64,000 nt of DNA from Trichosphaerium sp. ATCC 40318. Taxonomy: Eukaryota; Protista; Tubulinea. The number at the start of each line of letters is the position of its first letter. Position 1 is the stretch's first letter. Made by a program: the position numbers and the translations under genes. Below, piece after piece: positions 1 to 12,937 of the stretch. The notes under the pieces are model-generated. The model did no database searches and was not told the DNA's origin. It saw only the letters and a list, made by a program, of their open reading frames with translations. The stretch lies in contig JALMLS010000216.1 of assembly GCA_038496445.1 (NCBI GenBank), positions 496,001 through 560,000 of the forward strand, in the 5' to 3' direction.

Positions 1-3000
1 AGTTGTCAAACTTGCCACACCTTATAAATGTAAGCACTAGTGAAAAAAGTCTCACAAATGTACTTGGTATTGGGTCATCTAACGGAACTCTATACAAGAA
101 ACATGCCGGAGGAAATATATCCATAAGTTCTGCTGGACATGGCACTACAAGTGCATCAGCAACAAAGACAAAAATAAAGAAACATTTTTTTCGAAAAGTA
201 AAAAAATCTCTTAAAACATTTGTAATGAATGGCGGTTGTGTTGTTACCTGTTGAGGTTCCTATACCGAAACCCGATAGTATCGGACCACGATACTTCCTA
301 TCATAGAACATAATACCCATAAATATTCCAACAGCAAACATGAGACCCAAATCAAATAAGATGGCAGGCCAGAAACGGACTTGTTGAACAATAGAACGCT
401 CAAGGTTGACATATACTTGGAAAAAGAACCATGGTGTTTTCCTTTGAGAAACAAATTGTCGGTTATAAGTGTATGACAAAGCAAAAGGTATTTGTCGAAA
501 AGGTAAACAGTAAACGAATTCGATAGAATCGAAGAAAAATAAGGAACAAAAAGCAAGGTACTAACCTGACAAGATGAGGATACGATTCATAGCGCCAAAA
601 GAATACCCATACTATACAGCAACATGTAATTAATATGACAGCAACTGTAGCATGTGACCATGTAGGAAAGTCATGTTTAGAGGCAGTTACAGGATACCTA
701 AAGTATCAATCAATACACCAAAAAACAAAGAAAAATAAAAACATAAAAACATACCAGAAACCACCTACAGTGCCCAATTGAAAGATAAAACTTCCAAATA
801 GTACTGAACGTCGTTTAATAGATTTAGTTACAACTACTAGAATCAAAGAGAAAGGCCCACAAAGTACACCAGACACCTATTTCAATGAAAACATTTAATA
901 AAACGTCAAACTCGGTTTTTTTTTGTTTGATTTGAAAGGGTAAAACTTTATGACTTACGAATAACCCAAGGAATCTAGGTTTAGATTCTCTAGTTGATTG
1001 AAATAATAATCTTAGTACGAGTACAAACAGAGTTAACAGTGCCCAACCCAATATAATACCGGCAAATACTTTGACATTAACCTCAGAACTAACACTCATT
1101 CCAATAAGCCTATACAGCAAAGACGTTTTAGTATGACGCGTATTGATAGTATAATAATGACATACGCCATCGCTGAAACACTTAACATTGCTCCTGTTAG
1201 GGACCCATATGCGCTCTGAAAACACGTGAGTATTTTGTGATTTTTTGTGCGAGGATTTTTTTGTTTGTGTACCATTATTGTATCTTCATCAAAGTAGTAA
1301 GGATACAAGGTAGCCCAAGGTACTAAGAATGACATGACAAGGTATGTGGCGAAATTTATTTTACTTCCAACTTGATCGAACACAGGTGTGAAGCTCTCTT
1401 AATTAAGAATGTTTTAGTCTTCAAAAAGAAGCAATCCAAAAAAAAAAACAACATTGTTACCTGACGTAGAGTCTTCTTCTTCATCACTACTACTACTCGA
1501 TTCCTGATGTCGGCACCACTGATCATGAAGGTAGTCACTTTGCTTATTTTTACCACGATCAACATTGGATGTTGTAGTGGATACATTATCGCCAAATATA
1601 TCAGACTCCTCATCATCTTCGTCACCCAAAGTGTACTTTTCTTCTTTTTGTTCAACTTCGCCTCCAATGACTAGATAAAATACATAGTTAGTACCAACAC
1701 TACTTAAAAAATAGAGTGTTCATACCATCCAAGTAAAAATCAGCTGGGTTTATGAATGGTGGACACTTATACCCAAGGTTCTCAAAGTACTCGGCAACAT
1801 CATCAGTAGGCCCTCTTTGAAAAAAAAATTAGCGTAAGTTGACTACTTCAACAAATCGCAAAATTTTGAGAATTGTATCACCGTCGTTGACATACAAATA
1901 AACTGTTCGCCCTCCTTTTCCAAGCAATACAACGTCATCAAATAGATTAAATATCTCATAACGCGGTTGATGAATAACAGCAACGACAGTCATACCACCT
2001 CTACTTAAATCTTTCAAAACGCCAATAGTCTCCATAGCGCTTGTAGAATCAAGACCTAGATTAAATTTAGTACACAACAATCTTTTGTGAAACAGTATAG
2101 ACCAGTATGAGTCCAAGTACACTAACCTGATGTTGGTTCATCCAAGAATAAAATCATAGGATCAGATACAAGCTCCATACCGATATTAACACGTTTTCGT
2201 TGACCTCCACTAATCAATATTATTTTTTTTATTTTCAACGTGAGACACTTTACCTAATACCTCGCTTTACTACATCTCCGATGTATTGATATTTGAGTTC
2301 TTGTAAGTCTAGTATAGATAGAATATCTTCTACAACACCTTCTTTTTGCTCAGAGGATAGAGAAGCCGGTAATCTAGCTTCAGCAGAATAACCCAAAACT
2401 TCCTTTACAGTTAACTCTGTATTCATAACATCTTCCTCTACATTGACGTTAGATAATAGTGACAGCACTACACATACGTGGTACGAAACCAACAAGCTTC
2501 TTGTATCTTCTTACATCATCTTCTTTACCATTAATCTTTGTGGAGCCTAAGTACGACATTAAACCTGAAAAAACTGACTATAAAAGCCCTAAATGTTACC
2601 TGTTTTTACGCCATATGTAGCTCTACCAGATAGAGTATTCAAAAAAGTACTCTTACCAGATCCTGATGGTCCTATTGATGTTATAAGTAAATGAAGAAAG
2701 AGTACCTTTCTTTTTCTAACTAAAATTCAAGACCTTTTTGCTGAAGAACGTACCCATAATTGCAGTCAACCTACGTGGTTTGAACTCTCCAGTAACACCC
2801 TATCCAACTCATTCAATAACACACCTTATAGTACTATCAAACCTTCAGAACTTGTTTTCCAGTGCTTTTTAGACGCAAGCCAAGGTTATTGAACCTATTT
2901 ACCAAATCAACGTTTTTACTCAATTTGGGCATGGAATTTTTAATCAACGTTATGTTAACCGTACTTTAAATGAACTCCTTCGTGTCTGTTCAATCGAGGT

Positions 3001-3371
3001 ATCTAGAAAGGGATGAATACAGTCAAAAAAGGCTTGGTGCTTTGGATTTACGTTTAGGTTTAATACGGGCTTGTTGTCTTGCGTAGAGCTTCTAATAGAC
3101 TTATTTGCAATGTAATCCTCCAGAGAAGTCTTATGCTTTGCTAAAAAAGCGTTATTCAAGGACAATGACAACTGTGGGCACTGTAGTTGTACCAAACTGG
3201 TCCATTAGCTCCATATCTTCTTTAATGAAGGCTTTAAACTCGTGTGCGATGAAAAAGAACACTATCAGTAATGTCAAGAGCGTAGCATCAAACTAAATAC
3301 GTACAGATGATAAGGACAATAAGAATGCCAACCAGCAACAGCGCGCAGCTGAAAAACGCGAAAGGAAGCAT
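1..3371 (-). CDS. ABCG (White-family) half transporter with N-terminal TM segment; multi-exon; 3' end runs off the window
   Basis: Spliced exons give Walker [11 protein letters not shown] (~2630-2760), signature [15 protein letters not shown], Walker [30 protein letters not shown] and RKTPWFFFQ at the start of the ABC2 TMD. Putative start [17 protein letters not shown] at 3371. Confidence 0.9.
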
Positions 3372-3513
3372 CGTGAATGACGCGTGGCCCAATCCACACC
3401 TGCCTTCGTGCACTTTTAGGAAGGCACGAAACCGTTAAGTCAGTACAGTTTTTTCCGTTTTACCCGTTGGCACCATGAAGCGAAAATCGTTATTATCTCG
3501 GCTATGGTCGAAG

Positions 3514-5277
3514 ATGGAGCCGGTATCTAAGAGGCAGAAGCCATCTACAAAGCCTTCGGCAAGTAGAAAGCGTTCTAGAGCCACAGCACAAGTATCACTG
3601 GATGATGAAGGTTTGTTCGCCTACGCTTGTTAGTTGGTAACCTCGTACTAGTTGAAGCGTACAGAAAGCGTAAAAAGCTTGAGTATGAACGTAAAAAACA
3701 AGAACTGCTGAAACTGAATGATAGAGTTAATAAAAACGTTGAGAACCTTAAAAAGAGTACGTCATCGCATAATAATCGAAAGTGACGGTTGACACGAATC
3801 ATAGAATTAAAATATCTACCATACTTGCCTGATGAGCTTATATACGCCATAGTAATGTATTTACCGACCGTATTTAGTAGGTTGGGTATTTCTAGAATTT
3901 CTAAACGATGGTATGCCCTAAACCTCCTAAAACACCTTTCAATTAATTACCCTACGCGAAACCATTATATTTAATAGCTTTCTGCCATTTTAAATCGACA
4001 ACGAACCGTATCCGTTCAAAAATCCCTCAAACTTAAATACTAGGTACTCAATTTGCATGTCTTCAGTAACAGAAGTGAGCTTTAAACCATTTCAACCAGA
4101 ATGTGGTATTTACAAAACAGTGTACCAGACTCTATCCCATTGCAGGTACATTCTACGTTTACAATTTTTTTTTTCATGTGAAAACATTCCTCAGCTGTTT
4201 TGTTTTTTATTCCTCATGCTTTGACGCCTTATTTACTCTTTAAGGAATTTACGTATACTGGATTTATGTACACCTACAAACACACGTGTTTGCGTTTGTT
4301 TGAACCACTATATATCTTCTCTAACTCAGATAACGTCATTGACACTTCAAGATTTTACATACACTGCTAAGGGTCTTTCGTTACTGCTCTCAATGACCAA
4401 TTTGAAAGAACTAAGGTACACGCTTTTTGCAGTATTTTTAAGCGTTTCTAATTGGCTAATAGATTTAAATTACCTATAAAATATCGCGGAGGTGTCCAAG
4501 GATCAGTATCCAAACTCACAAACTTATGTTCTTTCAGGCAAGAAAAAAACAAAGTTTATTTTTGAGCCGTGATGTCCGTATTAACAATAATAGTGGCCCT
4601 GGTTGGTTGATAAAGAATATTACAGAATCACAATGTACAAATTTGACACGATTACATGTAATGACAGGTTACAGTGCGTATTTCAATGAAATGAGTTTTT
4701 TTATCAACTTTATCAATATAACTTGAACGAAAAGGTGGAACAAATAAGGATTTGTTTCTTGAAGCTTATAAACATTTGAGCAAAATGGTTAATCTCAAAA
4801 CACTTAAGTGTGTATCAGTACTACGTGAATCAGGATCAGTCTTCCAAGACATGTCAGCACTCACATCACTGAACCATTTGCGCATCAAAGGTAAATATAC
4901 TTGTTCTTTTTTTTCTCAAATTTCTTTTGTACTAATACGGATTGCATACAGGAGTTCTTAATGAATCGCTTGCAAACTTCAACATGTTGTCAGCCTTAGT
5001 TAATTTGAAGAAACTGGACTTGAGCTTTCTTACCTTCCCGAAAACCGAAATTTCGAAGCTTTCACAATTCACTTCTTTGGAAGAACTTAACCTATGCAAT
5101 CATAGCGAGCTTTCAGATGACATTTACACGACACTTATGGAACTACCTCGGTTATCTTTAATAAATTTATATGCTACAGGAGTAACTGAAAAAGGTACAA
5201 AACAATTTTTATCTGACAGACCGAATTGTACTGTTTATAGAATGAGCGAACAACAAACTACTTTATCAAATTTATGA
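3514..5277 (+). CDS. F-box and leucine-rich-repeat protein, multi-exon
   Basis: Basic N-terminus MEPVSKRQKP, F-box LPYLPDELIYAIVMYL..ISRISKRW (~3815-3910), LRRs such as LVNLKKLDLS and FTSLEELNL. Confidence 0.8.
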
Positions 5278-5482
5278 AAATAAAGTTTGTACACCTAAAT
5301 TTGTGTTGGCCTTCCTTTTCGGCTTTAACTGCACCACTGTGTCATAGACTAATTGCATGAGAGGAGAGGGAAGTGTCGAGTAGTTCATTGAAGTTCTTTT
5401 AGCTAAAAACAATTTTCTGTTTGAAATGCTGTTTTTAAGTTTTCTAGTTGCTTAATTAGCTAGTTAACGCCAGTTTCACTCA

Positions 5483-8400
5483 ATGGATGACGGTACAGAA
5501 GAAGAGAGCTCGACTTTGGTGCTAAACGAAGACTCTTCGCTATCAGAATCTTCACAAACTAGCTCTAGCTCTGCCTCTAGCTCAGGCTTCTCAGAGACCT
5601 CAGAAGATCCCAGCGGAAGTAGTGAAGAGTCCAGTGAAGAACAAAACGATGTTTCACCGCAGATACCACAAAAAGGCACCAAAACAGGTAAAAACGGTAG
5701 TAAGTACATTGGTGAGCTAAAGAACGGTAAATGCCACGGAAGGGGCACCAAAACATGGCCAGACGGAAGAAAATACGTAGGAGAATTTAAAAACAATAAG
5801 GCCAACGGCAGAGGAACTAAAACGTGGCCAAACGGAAAAAAATATGTCGGCGATTTTGTTAACGGCAAATGTACCGGAAAAGGCATCAAAACGTACCCAA
5901 AGGGTAGAAAATATGAAGGAGACTTTGTAGATGATAAGAAAGTCGGAAAAGGAATATTCACATGGAAGAACGGAACAACATACGAAGGAGATTTTGCCGA
6001 TAATGAATTTAACGGAAAAGGAAAAAAAACATGGCGTGATGGGTCTTTCTATGAAGGAGACTTTGTTAATGCCAAGTTTGAAGGTAAAGGTGTTTATCAG
6101 TTTAAGGATGGTGGAAGATATACAGGTGATTTTAAGAGGAGTAAGTTTGATGGTAGAGGTGAAATGGTTTACGCTGATGGATCAACACGTATTGGTAGTT
6201 TCAGAGATGATAAGTTCCTTGGTAGAGGAGCGAGGATTCTTCGTACAAGATCTGCTTATAGGCAACTACTACTAGGCCCTGTTATTGGTAAAGGAGATGA
6301 CGCAATTGATAGAGAAACAGGTGAAATAATAGGTGAAACTGTACCTTTAATGTCACGAAGAAGTGATCAAATAGTTCCTCCTATATTGGTTGTTTCTGAT
6401 AATCTAGCAAAGTTTAGAGAACTTAATAATGATTTATCAAGAGAGTTTGATGTTACTCTGATACCTTTTAAAAGATTAACAAAAGGGTTATCAGGATTAC
6501 GGTTTACGCATACATTAGTTATCTTAGAAATATGGACAGCTGATTGGATTATCGGATTTATGAAGAGACTACAATATAAAACATCAGCTTATTTTGATCT
6601 TATTATAGCACATGATGCGAGGTCACCTTTATCTTTACTTCAAGGTATGTAACAACACATGTCACAAAAAATAGAAAAAAGAAAGAAAAAAGAAGGAAAA
6701 ACAAATTTGAGACATTTTGGGTTTGATACTTGACAAGTTCATCAATTTATGACCTTTATTTCATATGAAATGATAACAGTTTTACTGATGATTTGTTTAG
6801 TTACATTTTATGCCAGAAGTATTCGTAGAGCACGAGTTATATGTCTTAACAAAGATAAAGACAAATCTCGTAAACGTTTTATTGATACTTTCTGTGTTGC
6901 AATTGATCCCTTAAGCAATGACGAACGACCTATTCCTGTAAAGGCAAATCAAGTTCATCAACGTCCTGAATTGGCAATACGCTATAAAGCAAAAATGATT
7001 GTTATTGGACATGGTGGTTCTGGTATGCGTCTTTGTTTAATTTCTTGTCAGCTTTCGGTATACCAATGTTTGTTACAGGTAAAACAACACTAGTTAGAAC
7101 CCTATCTAGTACCAGAAATGCGGAGCAGCTTGAATCAACGATAGGCTTCGAATCGACAAACCTCAAGTACGTTTTTTTAATGTTTTGAAACTTGTCACTT
7201 TTGACAAATTCAACCAGACTTGGTGGTGTATTATTTACAGTTTTGGATTTTGCTGGACAGATGGAATACAAGGCCGTTCATAAATACTTTTTCTCACAAC
7301 ATCTTTCAATCTATCTCATTGTGGTGCGTTCATCACTAAAAAATATATATGATACTTCGCTTACTATCTCTAGCTTGATATGACACTCACTTTGAAGCAA
7401 CTTAAAAAACAATTAAAGCACTGGTGTAAGACCCTTAATTCCCATTTAAAAGGATTAAGTACTTCGTATTCTGTTATTGTATTTGGATCAAAACTAGACG
7501 TTAGTGGAAGTGATTGGGAAAAAACTAAACCAGGATTAAGGGAAGTATTAAGAGAGTATAAGGTTGAAGCATCAATATCCTTTGGCTCAGCAAGTGGTAT
7601 GCGCATCTCCATTTCTTACCGACTACTGTACAGATGTCCACGTGAATACGATCTTTTTATGTCTTTCTCGTATTTTTCAATACCACGTGAACATACGCTT
7701 TCAATCTAATCATTTGAGTTTAGTTGGCAATACAGAACATTTAAAGTCATTGCTAAGCCAAAACGCAGAGATATTAAAACAGAAGTATCCGATAGTACCC
7801 TTCTTATTTGTACATATTAAAAGACATGTTAAAAGGTTGAGAGCGGATGCTGACTCTCTTTCTGGTAATTTAATGACAGTGTACGACATTCATAACCACT
7901 ATTGTGAAGCATATATCTAACTTTGTTAGGTCTGAACTTCTTCAAACAGAATTACCAAGTATCCCTTGTTCTCCTGTTGAGTTTGTAGCGTGCTTGGACT
8001 ACTTGGATTCAATAGGATCAATTACTTTTGATAGTGTACGTTGTTTACTATTCGAAGAAAAATCAAAAGCCAGGCCTACCTTTTGCTAATGTTTTCTTCT
8101 TTTTTAGAAATCACGTGCAATCTGTTTATACCCAAATATATTATCACAAGTTATGAGTGCATTTATAGCTCCTACAAACCACTTAAAAAGATTATTTAAA
8201 GGAGAATCAAGAACGCAAGTATCTTCCGTAGTTACTGATGAAGAAGCTAATTTTCGAATCAAAAAAATGTTTCCATCTTGCTCTGATAATGATGTAACAG
8301 TTGTTATGAGATTCCTAGAGCGTATGAATTTCTGTATGCGGTTAACGAAACGCGAAGAGGTAAGCTGGGACTTCATTTTTTTTCCTTTTTTCGTTCCATT

Positions 8401-11400
8401 TGTTTATTTTACTGTAGGTTCACTATGGTTACTCTGGATACATTATACTATCTATGCGCCCAAAGGCTGATATGCTATACTTCCCACCTCTTAAAGAAAA
8501 TGACCATAAAGTGACATTGGTTGCAATGAATGAAAAGAAACAAAACCAGCCTGTTATGGTATTAAGAAAGTTCCAAAAACGATGGAAGCTACTTCGACAT
8601 AAAAGCACTTCAGAGGATACCAATTATGACGTTGTTTCGGATGTTGATGAAGAGCATAAAGAAGGTTCACCGGTACGTTAATAACAAGAAATTATAGTAC
8701 ACAGTGGTCACTGTATATCGATACCTTACAGCCTTTTAGAGACTCCCAGACGGCCATTCACCAATACCTTCAACTCCTCGCTTTTTGTCTTGTGAAGTTA
8801 AATCACAAGAGCTCAGTTTAGAGCGATTTACAGAGTTACAGCGCCAGTTACGTTGTACGTCAATGTAATAATAGTTTTAAAGAAATTACCCCTTGCTTAT
8901 GTCTGTCTTGATAGGCTATCATAGTGTCAGTCTTAAAGTATTCTCTAATCTTGTATTCTTGACTGATTTTTATGGTAATCATATTGCGCTGTACCATGAA
9001 CATGAGGAAGAGAAACTAAGAGTTGTTGTTCGTGGTGTAGTACCACATCTCTGGAGAGAGTGCTTGGAACCTCACCTTTCTAGACTTAAACCAAAGATTA
9101 TACCTCAATGCCCGGCGGCTGTACAGAGTGGTTACTTTATTAAACCAGCAAATAAGTTACTAGGGTACAAGTGCAAGATAACTGGTACGGTTTTTGTCTA
9201 ACTTTTTCATTCATGTCAACATTGGGTTTTTTTGACTTCATGTAGGGCAAGTTGTTAAGCACCATCACTTAAAAGAAGGGTATCCTATTATACCTAATAA
9301 ATACTCTTTGTGGAGTAGTATTTCAGGTGTTGCTTTTTATAAGCAAGGAAAGTGGGTTGATAAAGGAAACGGACTAAGAATGACTACGCTCTTAAAAAAT
9401 GAGAAAACTAAAGTATGACTTAGGGTTTTTGTCTTTTTGTTAGTTGAAGCTTATGCTTAGTTTACTATGTATTTTTCCTTATTTTCATTTTAGGAGCGTC
9501 GTAAAGAGTACCTTCGAGCTCGTAATATGTTCTATAACTTTATGGGTGTTGATAAAAACTCATTTTTTAACCTGACAAAGATTGTATTTTTTGATAATCC
9601 AAGACTTGAATCAAACTTTCAAACATTCTACGATTCTTTAGTTGTTGAGAATATTATCAATGAAAAATCTGGCGGTACCTCTCACTCGATTTAATGTTTA
9701 CACATTCAGTATCTCACCTAACACAACTCTATAGAACATGCAGTTTATACTGATAAAAACAAAGAGAGGTACATAAATACAACCCTTTTTTGTGTTTTTT
9801 CTTAACACCACTTTTCAGGACTATGAGCTTTCTTCAGAATTATGTTATGCGTGTTTCAGGGAACGAGGGTATTAATCTAATCGCTGGGTTTCATGGTACA
9901 TCTGAAGTAAGCTTCCTGGATCCATAGTAAAGTAAAGCTAACTTTATTTCCTTTTCCAACAGGAAACAAGTTTTAAAATTGCAACAAATAACTTTAAGGA
10001 GCCTCACGAAATAGAAGCTGAGAGAAAAGAAAGAAGGAAGAAGAGAGAGTTAAATCCAGGTCATATTTTGATAGCTTGGAATGCGTTTATTAACAACAAT
10101 CGTAGATTTTGATCCTGACATAGTTGAAAAGAATAAACCATTAGATCCAGGTTATTTTGGTACAGTGGATTACTTCGTTTGATGAACAAATACCTCAGTC
10201 TCTAATTATTGGAAAATAGGTAAAGGGATATACTTTACACAGTATCCAAAATATGGTACGTACTTTTTTGTGTGCACGTGTTAGTGCTAACTTGTTTTGC
10301 TTTGCTTTTTAGGTTCAATGTATTCAAATATAAGAGAGGATACTGGAGAACAGTGTATGCTTATTTCTTGGGTGATGTTAGGAAAGACATATCCAGTGAC
10401 CGAGAACCCTATAAAAGATAGAGATAATCTTGTAGGAAAGGGTTGCAAGGTAAGCCATTGAGGATTTGTTTCTTGCGTTTGGCATCTTTCTAACATCTCT
10501 TTAAATAAGCCCGGATACAACTCTCATTATGCTATTGTGAAATCAAGCGTTACAAAATCTGTATACGTTCCTTGTACATATGAAGACACACCAGAAGCTG
10601 ATGAGATAGTTGTCTTCTCTAAGAACCAGGTTCTAAACTATTTGTTGTCGTGCTTTTCCCTTTAAACTAACTTTATTTTTCCAGATTCTACCTCGATACC
10701 TTGTTTATTATAAAACAGGCGGTTCTGATGATAATGAATATAATGAGTTCTTGTTGGAATACAGAGACGCAAGATCAATTGTACTATGGGTAGATGATAA
10801 ATTATCAGATGTAAACAAACAGCTTGTTAAGATGCTTGAGAGACGTGAAAGAAAAACAAAGGTAAAAAAGAAATGTTGCTTCCTTTTCTTTTCTTCGAAA
10901 ATCATTCGCTCGAAAACTAATCTGCTGTTCATCTACATTGAGTTAGCACTAATTTCATGCGCTGGTCAAGCGTTGACGTCATTTTAAAGTTGATCGCACC
11001 CCACGCTTAGTATTGAAGGCTTACTATTTTTTTGTTTGTAGGTTTTACAGATGACTTCTTCTAAAGAGTTGTTCACGTGGCTGGATACTTATAAAGGATA
11101 TTGCGGTTCTAAAATTAAAATAATAACGAATACTTATCGTCCAGAAGATGGAGAAGCATTTGCAGCACAGAAGTTACTTGTTGAGTTGAGATCAAAGAGA
11201 AAATGGAAAAGTATACCAGTTGTAGTTTTTTGTGGTACGCACCTTTGTTATCTCATTTTTCTTGTTTTTTTCTTTCAATTGTATTCTCTAGTTTTCTTCA
11301 AAAAGTAACCGTGGGTTTTTTAAATCTATTATACCATTGTGTTGGTACCAAGCATACATCCACAGCTAAGTTAGCTTGTCAACAAATGGTTTTTTGATCT

Positions 11401-11707
11401 TTGTTCTTCTGCTTTCTGTTATATACACGAGCTCCCACGTGTACTGAAATTATAGTGTATTATTAACCACGCGCTTTTGAAAATACACTATGTATTAAAT
11501 ACGCATCTCACATGTATTACACGTGCTCTTTTTCGACCAAGACCTTTTGGAAACCCTTTTAGGAAAAAAACTTGCTTTCGCAATTTCATGCCACTAATAT
11601 TCTGTTTTTGATGTGTAGGTAATACAGAACCTGTTAAGTACCTTTCTAAAAAATTCAAACAAACTTTTGTAACAAACAATCCAGGAGATGTTATGAAAAG
11701 AGTATAA
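5483..11707 (+). CDS. Multidomain Roco protein: MORN repeats - receiver-like - Roc GTPase - COR - PARP-like ADP-ribosyltransferase - receiver-like
   Basis: Eight MORN repeats; GHGGSG|KTT P-loop across intron 7023-7078; DFAGQMEY; FGSKLD; COR-like LDYLDSIGSITF and ICLYPNILSQVM; FHGTS (9892), PGYFG|KGIYFT, ADEIVVF..QILPRYLVYY; VLWVDD (10781). Last exon 11619-11707 joins in phase (FCG|NTEPV). Confidence 0.85.
5696..6230 (+). repeat. Eight tandem 23-aa (69-bp) MORN repeats
   Basis: YxGxFxxxKxxGxGxxxWxDG units read directly in ORF 5483..6652. Confidence 0.95.
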
Positions 11708-11774
11708 AAATGATAAATCAGAAAAACAAGAGAAAAAAAATTGTAAAATAAACAACAAAATAAAAAAAACAACT

Positions 11775-12270
11775 TTATTCCTGATGCCCACGGTTGTCAA
11801 TAATATCTTCTTTTATCTGGTATTGTTTATTCATTTCAACTGTATCTTGAGAATTAGGTGCGCAATTATCCAAGTTTGATGTATCACTGGGGTCCGTGAA
11901 CAGTCGAAAACCACTTATCGTTTTTCAATGAGTTTTCCCAACTTACGTATTGTGCAACAATACTCCTGGGGCGTGGTATTGGTACAAGTATCCAGATATT
12001 TTAACTTGCAATAGTTAATAGATTGTACTAGATTTCAATGAACTGTTGGTTATATCGAATGGTACATATAATGGAATCAGAGCACTTGGTGTAGTCATAC
12101 AATTAATAGAAATATACCTATTGATAACTTGCGTTGAGAAAAGGTTGGATAGCAAGAAACGCTGGGCAAGAAGTAATGTTAGTATGGGTTCGTTTCGAAG
12201 GTGAAAGGTACATTGCAATACATACTAGATAGCAGTTGAAGAGGAAAGGCGCAAGTGACAAACTTAACAT
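11775..12270 (-). CDS. Possible small spliced hypothetical protein
   Basis: Three GT-AG intron candidates, one with a CTAAC branch site, join into one open frame. There is no recognisable domain and it starts only ~55 bp after the Rab stop. Confidence 0.25.
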
Positions 12271-12325
12271 GTTAATTTCTATTTTATTTCTACAACTTTT
12301 TGTGGCTTTTTTTTTTGATTCATTT

Positions 12326-12937
12326 CTAACAATCACACTTACTTTCTTCTTGTCCTTGTTTTCTATTAGTTCTCTTTTCCTCGACTTTCACTATTGGCCT
12401 TGTTGTTGCATCTTGAATTTCTAATTGAAGAGCAGCTGTCTCAGCAAGATATTGAAAAACTTTATCGACTGTATTTTCCTCTTTTGAAGAAGTCTCGAAA
12501 TACTTCATATCTCCATTCTGCTTACACCAAGTCTTTGCCTTTTGTTCACTTACAACCCTCTCTTCTATCATATCCTTCTTATTACCAACAACAATAAATG
12601 TCACCGTACTATCCTTCTCAGCAACACCATCAATCCGAAAAAACGTTTGTTTCCACGTGTTCAAATGTTCAAATGATGATTCCGAAGTTACATCATAAAC
12701 AAGTATACAACAATGCGATCCTCTATAAAAAGCTGTAGATAACGCCTGAAAGCGCTCTTGACCCGCTGTATCCCACATTTGAAGGAAAACATTACGGTTA
12801 CCGATATTTACTTGTTTCTTCATAAAATCAGCGCCAATCGTCGGTTTATGGTTATTATTGAATCCCCCGTTGACATATTGGTCTAATAGGCTTGTTTTAC
12901 CGACGCCTGAGTCTCCTATGAGTATTATTTTTATCAT
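12326..12937 (-). CDS. Rab7-like small GTPase, uninterrupted CDS
   Basis: GDSGVGKTS, TIGADF, WDTAGQERF, FYRGSHCCILVYDVT, GNKKD, ETSSK, and a C-terminal CxC prenylation motif (KCDC). Confidence 0.93.
   Translation of the reverse strand: MIKIILIGDSGVGKTSLLDQYVNGGFNNNHKPTIGADFMKKQVNIGNRNVFLQMWDTAGQERFQALSTAFYRGSHCCILVYDVTSESSFEHLNTWKQTFFRIDGVAEKDSTVTFIVVGNKKDMIEERVVSEQKAKTWCKQNGDMKYFETSSKEENTVDKVFQYLAETAALQLEIQDATTRPIVKVEEKRTNRKQGQEESKCDC

Noticed and set aside
5476-5961. 161-aa minus-strand ORF with repetitive Pro/Phe content
   Set aside because: Antisense shadow of the MORN repeats.
11203-11397. ORF as the last exon of the Roco-PARP gene
   Set aside because: The exon at 11619-11707 has a branch site and acceptor, matches the phase and completes the receiver-like fold better. 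Alternative use cannot be excluded.
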